Assembly (NCBI GenBank): GCA_024276125.1
Contig: JAJRXT010000100.1
Span: forward strand, 45,329-109,328
Direction: 5' to 3'
Source of the DNA: a bacterium
GTDB taxonomy: Bacteria; SZUA-182; SZUA-191; JAJRXT01
Length of the DNA: 64,000 nt
Shown: positions 36,908 to 45,318 of the stretch, piece after piece
Numbering within the stretch: the stretch's first letter is position 1
Layout of the letters: every line of letters begins with the position of its first letter
Made by a program: the position numbers and the translations under genes
The notes under the pieces: model-generated
The model's input: the letters and a program-made list of their open reading frames with translations, nothing else
What the model was told of the DNA's origin: nothing
Database searches by the model: none

Positions 36908-37321
36908 TTGTGCGCCTGCTCTCAGTCTATTGAAGATTTTCGCAGACAAAACATACAAAGGTATTCCCCGCTATATAACGTCAAAAAGTATAATCCGACC
37001 AGAGTTCGTAAGGTTAAGGGTATTGTTATCAAAATAGGAAAAAACGGCGGAGCGGCTATTGGAACAAGAAATTTTCCCGGTATGTTGATGCTGAAGATAA
37101 TAAGCGAAGATAAAAAAGAATATGAAGTGGAATTGGGTCCTGATCTTTTTATTATGACGCGCCATGCCAGCTTTAAAGCGGGGCAGGAAGTGGTAATTAT
37201 TGGCGATGTAGATGAGTTTGACGCTTACATTATCGCAGAACGGATTTACAGAAAAAATAGCGCTATAATCCTAAGAGACCCTACGGGCAAACCATTGTGG
37301 ACATCTTTATATATACGGTAA
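36908..37321 (+). CDS. hypothetical lipoprotein, paralog of 37498-38118 (start uncertain)
   Basis: In-frame upstream codons encode a signal-peptide-like KKITRWIIPAVTICTIFILCAC but no start codon. ATG ATG at 36840-36845 is one frame off across an A7 run. Confidence 0.5.
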   Translation: MCACSQSIEDFRRQNIQRYSPLYNVKKYNPTRVRKVKGIVIKIGKNGGAAIGTRNFPGMLMLKIISEDKKEYEVELGPDLFIMTRHASFKAGQEVVIIGDVDEFDAYIIAERIYRKNSAIILRDPTGKPLWTSLYIR

Positions 37322-37358
37322 GTACAGCATGAACTTAGCGCAGGCGGTGCGGATTACT

Positions 37359-37430
37359 GTAGATGCCACCTTTAGGTCGACCGTCAGTGTCGGCTTAAGC
37401 AGGGGTTTACGGCTTATCGTAAGCCCGTGA
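37359..37430. repeat. Family-C doublet, degenerate
   Basis: GTAGATGCCACCTTTAGGTCGACCGTC... followed by GGGGTTTACGGCTTATCGTAAGCCC. Confidence 0.5.
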
Positions 37431-37497
37431 TTCGGCAATGCTGTTGAGTTAAGGATTTTAGTGAGTAAAAAAGTAAGGTGAAGGTAAGGTAAGGTAG

Positions 37498-38118
37498 ATG
37501 AAAACAAGAGTAGTTCTAGGAAGTTTTCTTATCTTGGCGGGTATAAGTGTTTTTGGACTTCCTGCCTGTAAGAAAAAACCCTTTACCCCGGGTTATAATC
37601 CACCGGAATCCCTGTTTACCGAATATGACCCAAAAAAGGAAATTACCTTTACCGGAGAGATTGTACAAAAAGTAGGGCTAATGCGCAATACGCAAATTCC
37701 CAGCACAACTATTCAGGTCAGGGCTGATGACGGGCGGGAATATTTAGTAGCGTTGGGACCTGATTGGTATTTATCTATGATGGGATATAAATTTTTACCG
37801 GGTGTAAAGATAGAAGTAACCGGCGCAGTTTATATGAAAGAGATGCAGGAGATGGCGCCTGATGGTATGGATTCTGAGGATATGTTTGATGAAGAAACCC
37901 CTAATGATTTGCTCAAGATTATACTGGCCAGAAAGATTAAAAAAACAAATAAAGCCATAAAATTAAGAGATAAAACAGGCAGGCCTATGTGGTATAAAAA
38001 AGGCAGGGCTATAGGGCAGAGAATCTATTTGGAAAAGATTATTAAAGAAAAAAAAGAAGAGCAGGAAAAATTAAAACAAAATGAGCAGGAAAAGGAAAAA
38101 TATCTTTTCAGCCAATAA
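37498..38118 (+). CDS. hypothetical lipoprotein with Lys/Glu-rich tail
   Basis: 206 aa. Lipobox GLPAC. Shares the LGPD..., (I/V)xGxV and LRDxTGxPxW blocks with the upstream paralog. Confidence 0.65.
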   Translation: MKTRVVLGSFLILAGISVFGLPACKKKPFTPGYNPPESLFTEYDPKKEITFTGEIVQKVGLMRNTQIPSTTIQVRADDGREYLVALGPDWYLSMMGYKFLPGVKIEVTGAVYMKEMQEMAPDGMDSEDMFDEETPNDLLKIILARKIKKTNKAIKLRDKTGRPMWYKKGRAIGQRIYLEKIIKEKKEEQEKLKQNEQEKEKYLFSQ

Positions 38119-38164
38119 AATGTGTTAAAAAATTAATATACTTGACCCAATAAGGAGAAAAACT

Positions 38165-38416
38165 ATGGCTAAAGTGGTAGCTATGACCGGTAATATTGCA
38201 GCAGCTAATGCCATGCGTCAGATTAATCCCGATGTATGCGCCGCCTATCCTATCACCCCTTCCACTGAGATAATGCAGCAGTTTGCCAGCTTTGTGGCCG
38301 ACGGCGAGGTAAATACGGAATTAGTGGCAGTAGAAAGCGAGCATAGCGCAATGAGCGCATGTATCGGCGCGGCTGCCGCAGGCGGACGTGTAATGACCGC
38401 AACTTCTGCTAATTGA
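38165..38416 (+). CDS. porA: 2-oxoacid:ferredoxin oxidoreductase alpha subunit, N-terminal part (in-frame TGA)
   Basis: MAKVVAMTGNIAAANAMRQINPDVCAAYPITPSTEIMQ...MTATSAN, then TGA at 38414-38416. Confidence 0.85.
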   Translation: MAKVVAMTGNIAAANAMRQINPDVCAAYPITPSTEIMQQFASFVADGEVNTELVAVESEHSAMSACIGAAAAGGRVMTATSAN

Positions 38417-39346
38417 CTGGCGCTGATGTGGGAAAGGTTATATATTGCTTCCGGCAACAGACTGCCGATTATCATGACTACCGTAAACCGCGCGCTGTCT
38501 GCGCCGATTAATATACACTGCGATCACAGCGATGCTATGGGGGCGCGTGATGCCGGCTGGATTCAGCTTTATTCGGAAAATGCGCAGGAAGCCTATGACA
38601 ATCTTATTCAGGCGGTGCGTATTGCAGAGCATCGGGATGTGCGCCTGCCGGTTATGGTGTGTATGGACGGCTTTATCATCAGCCATTCTATAGAGCGTAT
38701 GGAAATGTTAGACGATATGCCGGTACGCAATTTTATAGGTCCGTTTAAAGCCAATTATCCGCTGTTGGATATAAACAATCCTGTAACCTATGGTCCTATT
38801 GACTTACAGGATTATTATATTGAACATAAACGCCAGCAGGCTGAAGCCATGAAACTTGCGGGACCGGTTATTTTGGAGATTGGTAAAGAATTCGGTGAGA
38901 CCTTCGGCAGGAGTTATGGTTTTTTTGAAGGTTATATGTTAGATGATGCCGAATTGGTGATAGTGGGCTTAGGTTCTTCTACCGGCACGGTTCGTTCGGT
39001 AGTGGATGAATTAAGAGCAAAGGGCATTGCTGCCGGTTTATTGAAATTACGCACCTTCCGTCCGTTTCCGGCTCATGAAATAGCCGCTGCTATTGGAGGC
39101 GCCAAAGCTGTTGCCGTATTGGATCGCTCCGACTCCTTCGGGGCATACGGCGGACCGCTTTTTTCCGAGGTACGCTCTGCTTTATTCGGTAAAAATGACG
39201 CCCCGCCGGTAGTGGATTATATATACGGCTTAGGCGGGCGTGATTTTGGTATAGCCGATGTACACGGTATCTTCGATGACCTACAAGATATTGTACAAAA
39301 CGGCGCACCGGAAGATGAGGTACAGTATATTACCGTAAGGGAGTAA
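38417..39346 (+). CDS. porA: 2-oxoacid:ferredoxin oxidoreductase alpha subunit, C-terminal part
   Basis: Same frame. LALMWERLYIASGNRLPIIMTTVNRALSAPINIHCDHSD continues the conserved alpha-subunit motif directly after the TGA. Confidence 0.85.
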   Translation: MALMWERLYIASGNRLPIIMTTVNRALSAPINIHCDHSDAMGARDAGWIQLYSENAQEAYDNLIQAVRIAEHRDVRLPVMVCMDGFIISHSIERMEMLDDMPVRNFIGPFKANYPLLDINNPVTYGPIDLQDYYIEHKRQQAEAMKLAGPVILEIGKEFGETFGRSYGFFEGYMLDDAELVIVGLGSSTGTVRSVVDELRAKGIAAGLLKLRTFRPFPAHEIAAAIGGAKAVAVLDRSDSFGAYGGPLFSEVRSALFGKNDAPPVVDYIYGLGGRDFGIADVHGIFDDLQDIVQNGAPEDEVQYITVRE

Positions 39347-39348
39347 AT

Positions 39349-39603
39349 ATGGATAAGACAATCTGCTTTACTGCTGAATTCCTAAAAGACGGGCGCTTTT
39401 CCGTTCCCCAAAAGATTATAAACAACCTATGTCTTAAAACAGGGGAAAAAGTGAAGCTAATTATAGAAAAAAAGCGATTTGATTAGGAAAATTTTTTAAC
39501 ACTTTTTGGTATCTGGCATAACAAAAATGCAAAAGAAATCAATCTTTATCGGAATATCATAAAATAAAGAAAGAATTTCGGCAGAAAAGAGGTCAGGCTT
39601 TGA
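39349..39603 (+). pseudogene. vapB: AbrB/SpoVT-type VapB antitoxin with two in-frame stops
   Basis: MDKTICFTAEFLKDGRFSVPQKIINNLCLKTGEKVKLIIEKK. TAG at 39484-39486 and TAA at 39565-39567. The frame ends in TGA overlapping the vapC TTG (TTGA). Confidence 0.55.
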
Positions 39604-40004
39604 TATACTGTCTGGATACTGATATTTTAATTGAGTATTTCCGGGGAAATAATGTAGTAAAAAACAAGATAGAATCCCTTTCCGAACACGATAATATAGG
39701 TATCACTTGGTTTTCTTTTTATGAATTTTTCAAAGGTATATTTATTAGTGGAAAATTAGAGGAAGAAAGCTTTTTAAATGCTTTGCTTGATTATACTGTT
39801 ATACTTGAAGCTTCTTATTACTCAAGTAAAATCGGCGGAGATATTTATGCTGCTTTTTAAAAAAAAAGGGGGCAATTAATCAATGACGCCGATATCTTAA
39901 TTGCCAGTATTGTAAAAAGCTATCAGGCTATTTTAGTTACCAACAATGAAAAACATTTCTCCAGAATAGATGATTTGCAAATTAAAAATTGGTTAAAAGA
40001 CTAA
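39600..40004 (+). pseudogene. vapC: PIN-domain VapC toxin with an in-frame TAA
   Basis: (M)IYCLDTDILIEY...AAF, TAA at 39858-39860, then KKRGQLINDADILIASIV...VTNNEKHFSRI in the same frame. Confidence 0.65.
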
Positions 40005-40071
40005 GAATTTGTCTCAAAGACGGCGCACCCGAAAACGAGCTACAGTATATTACCGTAAGGGAATAAAAATT

Positions 40072-40308
40072 ATGCAATCTATAGACTCACATAAAATTAT
40101 TTCAGAACTGAAAAGTCTCTCCGATAACCAAAAAAGTCAAGTCTATGAGTTCATAGAATTTATTAAATATAAGCATATCAGAAATAAAGCAACAGCAAAA
40201 CAGATAATTGAAGAGACATATGGTTTTACCAAGGGTTCTAAGCTTACTTCAGAAATATTCGCTAAAATGAAAAATGGAGAAATTGCCTTGGAGAATCATG
40301 GTGAATAA
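40072..40308 (+). CDS. small antitoxin (DUF2281-like)
   Basis: MQSIDSHKIISELKSLSDNQKSQVYEFIEFIKYK. The stop overlaps the downstream PIN gene start (ATGGTGAATAA). Confidence 0.55.
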   Translation: MQSIDSHKIISELKSLSDNQKSQVYEFIEFIKYKHIRNKATAKQIIEETYGFTKGSKLTSEIFAKMKNGEIALENHGE

Positions 40309-40708
40309 AAGCTTCATTTTGGATGCTTGTAGTATTATTGCATTTTTGAATGCAGAAAAAGGTGGGGAAAAACTTAAAACTCTGTTGGAAAATAATCATT
40401 GCCAACATTACATGCACATGATTAACCTCTGCGAAACCTACTATGGTTTTTACAAAAAGGACGGTAAAAGACATGCAGAGGAAATATTGCAAAAGCTTTT
40501 GTTATTACCCATTGAATATATAGAAGATATCTCCCTTGATTTTATAAAAGCAGTTGGTAAGTACAAGGCTGCCTACAAAATTTCATTAGCTGATGCTTTT
40601 GTGCTCGCTTTAGCCGAAATAAAGAAGGCAGCAGTGGTTACTACAGATCACAAGGAATTTGACCCAGTATCTTATGAGGGAAAAATAGAGTTTTTGTGGT
40701 TAAGATAG
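40298..40708 (+). CDS. vapC: PIN-domain toxin (VapC family)
   Basis: MVNKSFILDACSIIAFL...SLADAFVLALAE...VVTTDHKEF acidic PIN motifs. Confidence 0.7.
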   Translation: MVNKSFILDACSIIAFLNAEKGGEKLKTLLENNHCQHYMHMINLCETYYGFYKKDGKRHAEEILQKLLLLPIEYIEDISLDFIKAVGKYKAAYKISLADAFVLALAEIKKAAVVTTDHKEFDPVSYEGKIEFLWLR

Positions 40709-40760
40709 GTAGTAACCTAAGATAAAATTCCTGAAGTACGTAAAAAACAAGGTTTCTGTT

Positions 40761-41147
40761 ATGGAAATATCTTCTTGGTTAAATAGCAGAAAGAAAATCT
40801 CTTTTGAAAACAAAGAAATCGTTGAAAGATGGTTGTGTTCGCTTAAAAATTATATTCCCAAGCCAGCAGGAGCGCAAAGATCATGTTGCAGAGAGTTATA
40901 TGCTTTAACGAAATATTTAAACGCTGGTTTAAAAAATAATCTGCTTGATTTTCCATTTTGCATTGCTAAAAAGGAATGTCCAGATTTTATTATTGAACTA
41001 AGTGACAAAACGACAATAGGTTTGGAACACACAGAAGCTACAACCGAAAACCTCAAACAAACACTTGCAAAGTGGAGAAAACAACCAAAAGAAGCTTATG
41101 CTATGGAAACTAGCGCAAATGAGAGTCACTTAGTGCCTTCTGGATAA
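40761..41147 (+). CDS. hypothetical, possible PD-(D/E)xK nuclease-fold protein, N-terminal part (in-frame TAA)
   Basis: CPDFIIELSDKTTIGLEHTEA resembles a D...E.K-type nuclease core. TAA at 41145-41147. Confidence 0.4.
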   Translation: MEISSWLNSRKKISFENKEIVERWLCSLKNYIPKPAGAQRSCCRELYALTKYLNAGLKNNLLDFPFCIAKKECPDFIIELSDKTTIGLEHTEATTENLKQTLAKWRKQPKEAYAMETSANESHLVPSG

Positions 41148-41495
41148 GAATTAACTGGCAAAGGTTTTGTTGGAGAAGAACCTGAACAATTATGGGTTAG
41201 GAAGATATTATCAGTGATTAATGACAAAATTAATACTATAAATAAAGGGCATTATATAAAATGCAGTTACTACGATTTGTTAATATATTCAAATGTACCT
41301 TTGCAAAATGAGATTGTTACTGACGAAGGCTCTCCTGGTCCTGAAAAACTAATTAAGCAATCTTTAATACCAGAACTTAGCAAACACACAAATATTTTTC
41401 GCATAATAAATATAATCTTTGAAAAGTATAATAAAATATTAGCGTTAGAAAAAAACAAGAATCATGTCAAGCTTAAGGTTTACGAGATAGATTAA
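41148..41495 (+). CDS. C-terminal continuation of 40761-41147
   Basis: Same frame and open from the TAA through to 41495. AT-rich like the N-terminal part. Confidence 0.4.
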   Translation, partial: ELTGKGFVGEEPEQLWVRKILSVINDKINTINKGHYIKCSYYDLLIYSNVPLQNEIVTDEGSPGPEKLIKQSLIPELSKHTNIFRIINIIFEKYNKILALEKNKNHVKLKVYEID

Positions 41496-41511
41496 TTGTA
41501 AATGAATAACA

Positions 41512-41850
41512 ATGCTAAAACCAAAAGAAAAAACAGCTCTTGCCAAATTTAAGGCTGAGATTATAAAAAAACTGCCTGAATATATCATCTTGCTGGAATT
41601 ATTTGGCTCCAAAGCACGCGGAGATGATACAAATGATTCTGATATTGATATACTTGTGTTAACTGAGGGAAAAGATTTTGAAAAAAATTCTGAAATATGC
41701 GGTACGGCCTTAGATTTTTCTATTGATTATGATACCTATATATCGCCTAGAATATTTGAACTTAAAGAATTTGAGCGTCTAAAACAACGTAATTCTATCT
41801 TTATAAAGAATGTGGAAAAAGATGGGAAGATACTATGGCAGAAGAATTAA
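41512..41850 (+). CDS. nucleotidyltransferase (MNT)
   Basis: LFGSKARGDDTNDSDIDILVL motif. Confidence 0.75.
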   Translation: MLKPKEKTALAKFKAEIIKKLPEYIILLELFGSKARGDDTNDSDIDILVLTEGKDFEKNSEICGTALDFSIDYDTYISPRIFELKEFERLKQRNSIFIKNVEKDGKILWQKN

Positions 41851-42233
41851 AGCAGGAAATACAAAAAAGATTAAAGCTGGCCAGAGAAAAGTTGGAAGTA
41901 GCCCAAGCTTTATATGAGAAAGGGTACTATGCCGACTCCATATCCAGAGTTTACTATGCTATGTATCATGCCGCCCGTGCGGTGCTTTTTATAAAAAACG
42001 TCGCTCCAATAAAGCATTCAGGGGTAATCAAGATGTTTGGCCTGCATTATATCAAACCTGGAATAATAGAAAGGGTTTATAGTAAGTCCCTGTCTTATTT
42101 AAAGGAACTAAGGGAAAATGCTGACTATGAAGGTGAAACAGAGTTTACTCAGGCGGAATGTCTGGATGCTTTGAATCGGGGAAAAAAATTCGTAAAAATA
42201 ACCGAGGAGATTATAAATAAAGAGTTTTCGTAA
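41835..42233 (+). CDS. HEPN domain protein
   Basis: 132 aa. SRVYYAMYHAARAVL and RENADY motifs. Overlaps the MNT by 16 nt. Confidence 0.75.
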   Translation: MAEELKQEIQKRLKLAREKLEVAQALYEKGYYADSISRVYYAMYHAARAVLFIKNVAPIKHSGVIKMFGLHYIKPGIIERVYSKSLSYLKELRENADYEGETEFTQAECLDALNRGKKFVKITEEIINKEFS

Positions 42234-42271
42234 CCAGTTTATTATTATATTTTTGAGATAAAGGAGACATT

Positions 42272-43291
42272 ATGCCAGCACAAGCAAGTATTCCATTAAA
42301 ATTAAAGGAGTTATCCAATAAGCGGGATTTGCTGGCCGGAGGACACAGAATGTGCGCCGGCTGTATCGCTCCCACTGCTGTACGCCAGATTCTGCTGGCT
42401 GCCGAGCATCCGGTAGTAGCAACTAATGCCACCGGCTGCCTAGAGGTATCCACCAGTATATATCCCTATAGCTCATGGCGTATACCTTGGATGCACAGCG
42501 CATTTGAGAATTCGGCGGCTACGGCGGCCGGTATTGAGGCCATGTATGATTCCCTAAAACAGCAGGGTAAAATTCCAGCAGATAAACGCATTGACTTTAT
42601 CGCTCTCGGCGGAGACGGCGGTACTTATGATATCGGTCTGCAAGCCCTGTCAGGCGCCTTGGAGCGCGGGCATCGCTTTTTATACGTATGCTATGATAAC
42701 GGCGCTTATATGAATACGGGTATACAGCGTTCGTCTTCCACCCCTCGCGGCGCTCATACCACCACTACTCCGGCGGGCAAGGTTATCCCCGGTAAGCAGC
42801 AGTTCCGCAAGGACTTAACTAAAATTGTAGCCGCTCATAATATACCATATCTGGCTCAGGCCTCGCCCAATAACTGGCGCGACCTTATGCAGAAAACCAG
42901 AAAGGCGCTTAATTGCGGCGGTCCGGCGTTTTTAAATGTAATGGCGCCTTGTCATCGCGGCTGGCGTTGCAAAATAGACATAGGTATTGAGCTTGCGCGT
43001 GATTCCGTATCTACTTGTTTCTGGCCGTTATATGAAATTGAAAACGGAATACTTAAATTAAACGGAGAGACCAAACAACTGGCTGATTTAAAGAAAAAGG
43101 CGGACGCCGGCGATGAAGCTGCCAAAACCAAGTATGGCCAGAAGAAAAAACCGCTGACCGGCTGGTTGAAGCAGCAGGGCAGGTTTGCTCATTTATTTAA
43201 ACCGGCTAATGAATACGTTTTAAATGAACTAGTTGGGCGGGTAGAAAATGATTGGAATAATTTAGTCGAAAAAGACGGTAAATTATTTTAG
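42272..43291 (+). CDS. porB: 2-oxoacid:ferredoxin oxidoreductase beta subunit (TPP-binding)
   Basis: 339 aa. CAGC...GCLE cluster ligands and the GGDGGTYDIGLQALSGA TPP motif. Confidence 0.85.
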   Translation: MPAQASIPLKLKELSNKRDLLAGGHRMCAGCIAPTAVRQILLAAEHPVVATNATGCLEVSTSIYPYSSWRIPWMHSAFENSAATAAGIEAMYDSLKQQGKIPADKRIDFIALGGDGGTYDIGLQALSGALERGHRFLYVCYDNGAYMNTGIQRSSSTPRGAHTTTTPAGKVIPGKQQFRKDLTKIVAAHNIPYLAQASPNNWRDLMQKTRKALNCGGPAFLNVMAPCHRGWRCKIDIGIELARDSVSTCFWPLYEIENGILKLNGETKQLADLKKKADAGDEAAKTKYGQKKKPLTGWLKQQGRFAHLFKPANEYVLNELVGRVENDWNNLVEKDGKLF

Positions 43292-43376
43292 GGGCGTAGG
43301 CGCCCGGCCAATCCAGGGGCTTTGCCCCTACGCTCCCGCTGGTCGCTACCCCCACCCTTTTTATCGATAGGTTTAT

Positions 43377-43401
43377 GTTTCGGGGTGTCTCACCCCGAAA
43401 C
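43377..43401. repeat. Family-B hairpin, single
   Basis: GTTTCGGGGTGTCTCACCCCGAAAC. A degenerate second unit lies at 43430-43455. Confidence 0.85.
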
Positions 43402-43465
43402 CAGATAATATATGGATGCAAAACCCTGATGTTTCGATGTGGGAACACGCCGAAATATAGGTACT

Positions 43466-43552
43466 TGTCATTCTGAGGCCGAAGGCCGAAGAATCTCCCC
43501 TCCCGTATGCGAGTAAGATTCTTCACTGCGCTTTGCTTCGTTCAGAATGACA
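43466..43552 (+). repeat. Family-A nested palindrome, copy 18
   Basis: Termini and inner stem intact. Confidence 0.9.
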
Positions 43553-43640
43553 AGTAAAAAGTTGACATGAGACTCGCAGTAAGCAATTAGTTTCGGCATG
43601 AAACATACTAACAACATACCCTACAATACCATACAGCTAC

Positions 43641-44996
43641 ATGGCTAAAAACAAGACTATACATGTATGCCAGGCCTGCGGTTATCAAACCGGCAAGTGG
43701 CTGGGGCGCTGTCCTGCCTGCGGAGAATGGAATACATTAGTTGAAGAGATCATAAAGCCGGATAAAAGCGGTATCGGGCTTAGCGTATCCATCGTTCCAC
43801 AATTACTTTCGGATATATCATCTGCTTCGCAAAAGCGCATTTCAACTCAAATCGGCGAATTTGACCGCGTATTAGGCGGCGGGATTGTACCGGGTTCTTT
43901 AACTTTGGTCGGCGGCGATCCGGGTATAGGAAAATCCACGCTCTTATTACAGGCATCAGGCTCTATAGCATCTCATCATGGACCGCTGTTATATGTATCA
44001 GGAGAAGAATCCTCCACGCAGATAAAGCTTCGCGCAAGCCGTCTCAGGCTTTCTGCGGACAATCTTTATGTAGTAAATGAAAATTCATTAGAGGTAATAA
44101 AACAGCATATATCCTCGCTTAAACCTAAAACGCTAGTCATAGATTCCATACAAACGACTTATACCCAGCAGCTTGGTTCCGTTCCGGGAAGCATAGCGCA
44201 GGTGCGTCAAGTTACCGCAGAACTCATGCAGCTATCCAAAACCAACACTATTTCCACTTTTATTATAGGCCATGTCACCAAAGAGGGAGCAATTGCCGGC
44301 CCGCGTACTATGGAACATTTGGTGGATACAGTGCTTTATCTGGAGGGAGAGCGCTATCATAGCTATCGAATCTTAAGAGCGGCGAAAAATCGTTTCGGTC
44401 CAACCAGTGAAATCGGGGTTTTTGAAATGAAGGAAGCCGGTTTAGAAGAGATCACCAATCCGTCTGAATTATTTTTATCGCAGCGCTCAAGCGGTATATC
44501 CGGCTCGGTGGTGCTGGCTTCAGTGGAGGGTACCAGGCCGATTTTAGTAGAATTACAGGCGCTGGTTTCATATTCTACCGGCGGCATTCCGCGCCGCAAT
44601 GCTACGGGAATAGACATAAACCGCCTGCTGCTGTTAATGGCGGTAATTGAAAATCGCTTAGGTGTTCACATACAGGATCAGGAAATATACGTTAATGTCG
44701 CGGGTGGTTTAAGGATTTATGAGCCGGCGGCGGATTTGGGGATTTTACTTGCGCTTATTTCCGGCTTTCGGCGTAAGCCTATAAATCCTGATTTAGTGGT
44801 AATGGGTGAAGTGGGCTTAGGCGGTGAAATCCGCGGAGCAACCCAGATTGAAGCGCGTATAAAAGAAGCCTCTCAACTTGGATTTTCGCAATGTATGATT
44901 CCGCAGTGTAATTTGGATAAACTTTCTCTAAAATTAAAGCTTGATATTATCGGAGTAAAAAGCGCAGCCGAAGCGATAGATGCAGCGCTGGGGTAG
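43641..44996 (+). CDS. radA: DNA repair protein RadA
   Basis: 451 aa. N-terminal C4 zinc finger, GDPGIGKST Walker A, KNRFG motif, Lon-like C-terminus. Confidence 0.9.
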   Translation: MAKNKTIHVCQACGYQTGKWLGRCPACGEWNTLVEEIIKPDKSGIGLSVSIVPQLLSDISSASQKRISTQIGEFDRVLGGGIVPGSLTLVGGDPGIGKSTLLLQASGSIASHHGPLLYVSGEESSTQIKLRASRLRLSADNLYVVNENSLEVIKQHISSLKPKTLVIDSIQTTYTQQLGSVPGSIAQVRQVTAELMQLSKTNTISTFIIGHVTKEGAIAGPRTMEHLVDTVLYLEGERYHSYRILRAAKNRFGPTSEIGVFEMKEAGLEEITNPSELFLSQRSSGISGSVVLASVEGTRPILVELQALVSYSTGGIPRRNATGIDINRLLLLMAVIENRLGVHIQDQEIYVNVAGGLRIYEPAADLGILLALISGFRRKPINPDLVVMGEVGLGGEIRGATQIEARIKEASQLGFSQCMIPQCNLDKLSLKLKLDIIGVKSAAEAIDAALG

Positions 44997-45027
44997 GAAA
45001 CCAAAATTAAAATCAGGAGCATAAGGT

Positions 45028-45318
45028 ATGCCCATGGCAAAACTCATAGAGGAAAAAAAAGAAGAAATATTGCGTATAGCCAAACAGCACGGCGCGCATA
45101 ATGTACGGATATTTGGCTCTTTTGCCCGGGGCGAGCAGACAAAGGACAGTGATGTAGATTTTTTGGTAGATATGGAACCCGGACGAAGCTTGTTTGACTT
45201 GGGTGAATTATTGATGGATTTGCAAGAATTGCTGGGACGAAAGGTGGATGTATTAACAAGAGATTCCATATATTGGCTGCTTCGACGCCGGATACTAAAG
45301 GAGGCGGTACCATTATGA
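45028..45318 (+). CDS. mntA: MntA-type nucleotidyltransferase antitoxin
   Basis: [21 protein letters not shown] motif. ATGA overlap with hepT. Confidence 0.75.
   Translation: MPMAKLIEEKKEEILRIAKQHGAHNVRIFGSFARGEQTKDSDVDFLVDMEPGRSLFDLGELLMDLQELLGRKVDVLTRDSIYWLLRRRILKEAVPL

Noticed and set aside
38414-38416. UGA reassigned to Gly (code 25), or selenocysteine
   Set aside because: TGA clearly terminates other genes here (xerC at 19227-19229, mntA at 45316-45318, and the vapB frame). Long genes contain no internal TGA. The FGE TGA is in a non-conserved loop. TAA and TAG show the same in-frame behaviour. No SECIS-like hairpin follows, and Gly rather than Cys is expected at the porA site.
39855-39875. 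Frameshift in vapC at the A/G homopolymer (TTTTTAAAAAAAAAGGGGG)
   Set aside because: Recounting codon phase shows both halves are in the same frame (both codon series start at a multiple of 3). The lesion is an in-frame TAA at 39858-39860, not an indel.
43206-43526. 106-aa ORF on the minus strand
   Set aside because: It spans Family-A copy 18 and Family-B hairpins downstream of porB and overlaps the porB end. It is repeat-derived.
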